In this document: piece after piece, positions 61,189 to 64,000 of the stretch
Numbering within the stretch: position 1 is the stretch's first letter
Layout of the letters: every line of letters starts with the position of its first letter
Origin: Nostoc sp. DedSLP01
Lineage (GTDB): Bacteria; Cyanobacteriota; Cyanobacteriia; Cyanobacteriales; Nostocaceae
DNA length: 64,000 nucleotides
NCBI GenBank assembly: GCA_034530875.2
Contig: JAVRCJ020000020.1
Span: forward strand, 64,001-128,000
Direction of reading: 5' to 3'
Position numbers and translations under genes: made by a program
The notes under the pieces: generated by a model
The model's input: the letters and a program-made list of their open reading frames with translations, nothing else
What the model was told of the DNA's origin: nothing
Databases searched by the model: none

Positions 61189-61866
61189 ATGATGATAGGA
61201 AAACAAGCTAACAAACAAAGCTTAAAGGTAGCTGTATTTTGCCTACGAAACAGCACAGGGGGTTTCACAATTATTGAATCTTTGGTAGCGATACTTGTGG
61301 TGAGCGTCTTGCTTGTAGCGATCGCTCCGGTGCTTTCCCTCTCCGTGGCAACTCGCGTACAATCTCGACGGGTAGAATTAGCCACTCAAGCTGCCAGGTC
61401 ATACATTGATGCTGTGAAGACTAAAAAAGTCGCTGCTCCAACTTCTACAGGTAGCAATACCTTAACTGCGTATGCTGCTCCCACAGCTACAGGAACTCTA
61501 ACTTGTCCAACAGCAAACTCTTACTGCACAAGTTCAACGGAGTTGTACTGTGTTGACTTTGATAGTAGTGGTAGCTGTGAAAACACTAGTCTTACAGACA
61601 TGATTGTACAGGGTTTCCGCTACAACTCAGCAAGTAGCAATGCTAGTAGTGGATATGCTTTAGGTGTGCGAGTTTACAGAGCTGATGCTTTTAAACAAAG
61701 TACCACTCTCCTCAAAAACACTTCTACAACTAAGACAACACAAGCTACTTACACCGGAGGCGCCGGTCAACGCAAAGCACCTTTAGTAGAAATGACGACA
61801 GATATTAACGACACTGTACCTAAATATACTGACCTTTGTGCCCGCTACACTGGTGGTTGCAATTGA
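61189..61866 (+). CDS. hpsB: Minor pilin/pseudopilin HpsB
   Basis: G|FTIIESLVAI type IV prepilin motif; LSVATRVQSRRVELATQAA and LGVRVYRADAF. Confidence 0.8.
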   Translation: MMIGKQANKQSLKVAVFCLRNSTGGFTIIESLVAILVVSVLLVAIAPVLSLSVATRVQSRRVELATQAARSYIDAVKTKKVAAPTSTGSNTLTAYAAPTATGTLTCPTANSYCTSSTELYCVDFDSSGSCENTSLTDMIVQGFRYNSASSNASSGYALGVRVYRADAFKQSTTLLKNTSTTKTTQATYTGGAGQRKAPLVEMTTDINDTVPKYTDLCARYTGGCN

Positions 61867-62044
61867 ATTAGGGCTTAGACAAAGAACTTGTCAAACTCTT
61901 ATTCTTCTGTTTTTTGTGTTTCCTCTGTGGTAGCCTGCGGCAACCCCTCCCGGCGCTCATAGGGGAAACCCCCAAAATGTAATGCTTCACTGCTTTGCGT
62001 CTACGATTTTTGATTACCTTTGCGTCAGTCCTGTGAATGTTGAT

Positions 62045-62230
62045 TAGACTTCTTGTAAAAATCCTAACTTTACAGTCTTTCTCTGCTTCCGAACATCTTT
62101 CTTTGTGTGAGGCCAACCAATATCTATAGGACTCCTACTTGATTTTTGCGAAGCTAGGCAGACTGTTTCTCTGTTCCCTCTGTACGAGTGATTCAGGGAT
62201 TAAATCAGATTTATATATACAAGAAGTCTA
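62045..62230. mobile_element. MITE-like element with perfect 13-bp TIRs
   Basis: tagacttcttgta (62045-62057) / tacaagaagtcta (62218-62230). Confidence 0.6.
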
Positions 62231-62266
62231 TTCTTAAATATCTGTCAATAAAAGGGAAACCACAGC

Positions 62267-63286
62267 ATGATAAGTTTACTGAAATTTATCCTGAATATTC
62301 AATTCAAACGTTCTGGAATAAATAAGACAATTAGTGGTTTTACTTTAGTTGAACTGCTAATAGGTATGGCGATGGCAATATTAGTCATAACGCCTTTAAT
62401 GGCATTTATGATTAACATTCTAGATACCGATCGCAAAGAACAAGCCAAGACAACTTCTGAACAAGAAATCCAAGCAGCACTAGATTATATTGCTCGCGAT
62501 TTACAGCAAGCAGTTTATATCTACGATGGTGATGGAGTGAACAGAGTTAGAAATACTACCCCTATTAGTAGTTCAGGAATCAAAGACCAAATTCCACCGG
62601 TTAAAACTGCTTCTAATTGTAGCGATGCGAGTACTTGTAAACCAATACTTGTCTTTTGGAAACGTAAGTTTATAGCCGATAGTGTTGGGATTAGTAGCAC
62701 TAGTCAAACTAGTGCAGCCCAAACAGATGATGGCTTTGCTTATTCCTTAGTAGCATACTACTTAATTACCAATACAAATAGTGCAAACTCTACTTGGTCT
62801 AAAGAAGCACGAATTGGTAGATTTGAACTCCAAGGTCCAGTCGCAGCAGCTAATGCTAATACAACAGGAAGTGCAAGTGATACTGGATTTAATCCACCAC
62901 CAATAAATAGCAGTGGTGCCACCCTCAAAGAAAAGATGAACCAGTGGCAGACGGCATTAGGCGCATCAGATAATTACTCTACTAATAATCCAGTTGTAAC
63001 TTTGGTTGATTATATTAGCACCACTGCCCCTGGGTCGACAATTAACACTAGTGCTGCTGCTACAGCTTGTCCTGGTATAAACCCTGGTGCAAAACTTATA
63101 GGCACTCAAACAACTGGCTTCTTTGCTTGTGTTGATGCCAATGAAGTGTTAGCACAAGTCTACATCAGGGGTAATGCACTTGCGCGCGTGCAAAATAATA
63201 ACTTAGCTTACAGTGATAGCAAAAAAACTTATTTTCCAAGTTCAAGTATTCAGGTGCAAGGACGCGGATATTTATTTAGTAAATAA
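62267..63286 (+). CDS. hpsC: Minor pilin/pseudopilin HpsC (PilW-like)
   Basis: G|FTLVELLI and EQEIQAALDYIARDLQQAVYIY. Confidence 0.8.
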   Translation: MISLLKFILNIQFKRSGINKTISGFTLVELLIGMAMAILVITPLMAFMINILDTDRKEQAKTTSEQEIQAALDYIARDLQQAVYIYDGDGVNRVRNTTPISSSGIKDQIPPVKTASNCSDASTCKPILVFWKRKFIADSVGISSTSQTSAAQTDDGFAYSLVAYYLITNTNSANSTWSKEARIGRFELQGPVAAANANTTGSASDTGFNPPPINSSGATLKEKMNQWQTALGASDNYSTNNPVVTLVDYISTTAPGSTINTSAAATACPGINPGAKLIGTQTTGFFACVDANEVLAQVYIRGNALARVQNNNLAYSDSKKTYFPSSSIQVQGRGYLFSK

Positions 63287-63313
63287 CCTCTAGCTAATTA
63301 ATCAAAGGGTAAT

Positions 63314-64000
63314 ATGCACAGCGCACCTTTATTGAGGTTCAAAAAAATTTCTAAACAATTTGTAGTCAAAATGCCAAAGCAGCAATGTCAGGTCAACAAA
63401 CTCTCCCAAGATGCTGGTTTTAGCCTGATAGAATTAACTGTAGTGGTGCTGATGATTGGAGTTTTAGCAGCGATCGCAGCTCCAGGTTGGCTTGCTTTTG
63501 TAAACCGACAACGTGTCAATAAAGTTAATGATGTTGTTTTAGCTGCACTCAGGGATGCACAGAGCCAAGCTAAAAATAAAAAACTTAGTTACAGTGTCAG
63601 CTTTCAAAAAAATAGTACAACCCAAAATATAGAGGTTGCTATTTATCGTACTGATGCTGGAGCTAGCGGATGGAAACCTTTAGGGAAAGATATTGGAGTT
63701 AGCTCCGGTCAATTTTTGCTAGGAGCAAATCTCATCAGTGAAAACACTGCTGGTTCATCCGTATCTTACACTTTAAGTGCATCAACAAAAATTACATTTG
63801 ACTATATGGGTACTTTAAGTTCACCAAATGCAAACTTTGGAACAGCGACAGCCCCTTCTACAGAGACACCTGGAATAAAAATTGTCGCAGCAGTACCAAG
63901 TTCTGCAAATTCTACATCGCCCAGCAGCATAAAGCGATGTGTAATTGTCAAAACTATTTTAGGTTCAATGATTCCAGGGAAAGACTCAGAATGTAATTAA
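63314..64000 (+). CDS. hpsD: Minor pilin (FimT/FimU-like), probable HpsD
   Basis: G|FSLIELTVVVLMIGVLAAIAAPGW; C-terminal KRCVIVKTILG..C; stop codon at the window edge. Confidence 0.7.
   Translation: MHSAPLLRFKKISKQFVVKMPKQQCQVNKLSQDAGFSLIELTVVVLMIGVLAAIAAPGWLAFVNRQRVNKVNDVVLAALRDAQSQAKNKKLSYSVSFQKNSTTQNIEVAIYRTDAGASGWKPLGKDIGVSSGQFLLGANLISENTAGSSVSYTLSASTKITFDYMGTLSSPNANFGTATAPSTETPGIKIVAAVPSSANSTSPSSIKRCVIVKTILGSMIPGKDSECN

Noticed and set aside
1..64000. Prophage, IS transposase, retron/DGR, defence island, tRNA or rRNA
   Set aside because: No integrase, transposase, reverse transcriptase, nuclease or structural-RNA signatures were recognised by eye

Overview
Chromosomal window from a filamentous, probably Nostocales-type cyanobacterium. 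This rests on frequent HIP1 GCGATCGC, heptamer STRR tracts, psbY, psb34, an HCP, pilMNOQ and hpsABCD. Most of it is core genome: yaaW-like, O-antigen ligase, ycf51, gldA-like, aminotransferase, hisG, folC, metH and peptidases. It also holds an arsenic cluster (arsR, aquaporin, arsI, arsC) with a recognisable ArsR operator, two sensor-kinase loci (one with a DXCF cyanobacteriochrome GAF), a DUF1611 + epimerase pair, type IV pilus assembly genes and the hormogonium minor-pilin locus. Reading the DNA directly adds items the ORF track misses: a tandem psb34 duplication with conserved flanks, psbY, a homopolymer frameshift removing the CC tail of ArsI, a frameshifted antitoxin-like relic before metH, a candidate multi-hairpin sRNA near 5.2 kb, nested MITE/REP/SDR elements, and STRR cassettes inserted in frame in several proteins. 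I saw no rRNA, tRNA, CRISPR array, transposase, integrase or reverse transcriptase, and no clear-cut novel multi-gene system; the leads below are candidates only.
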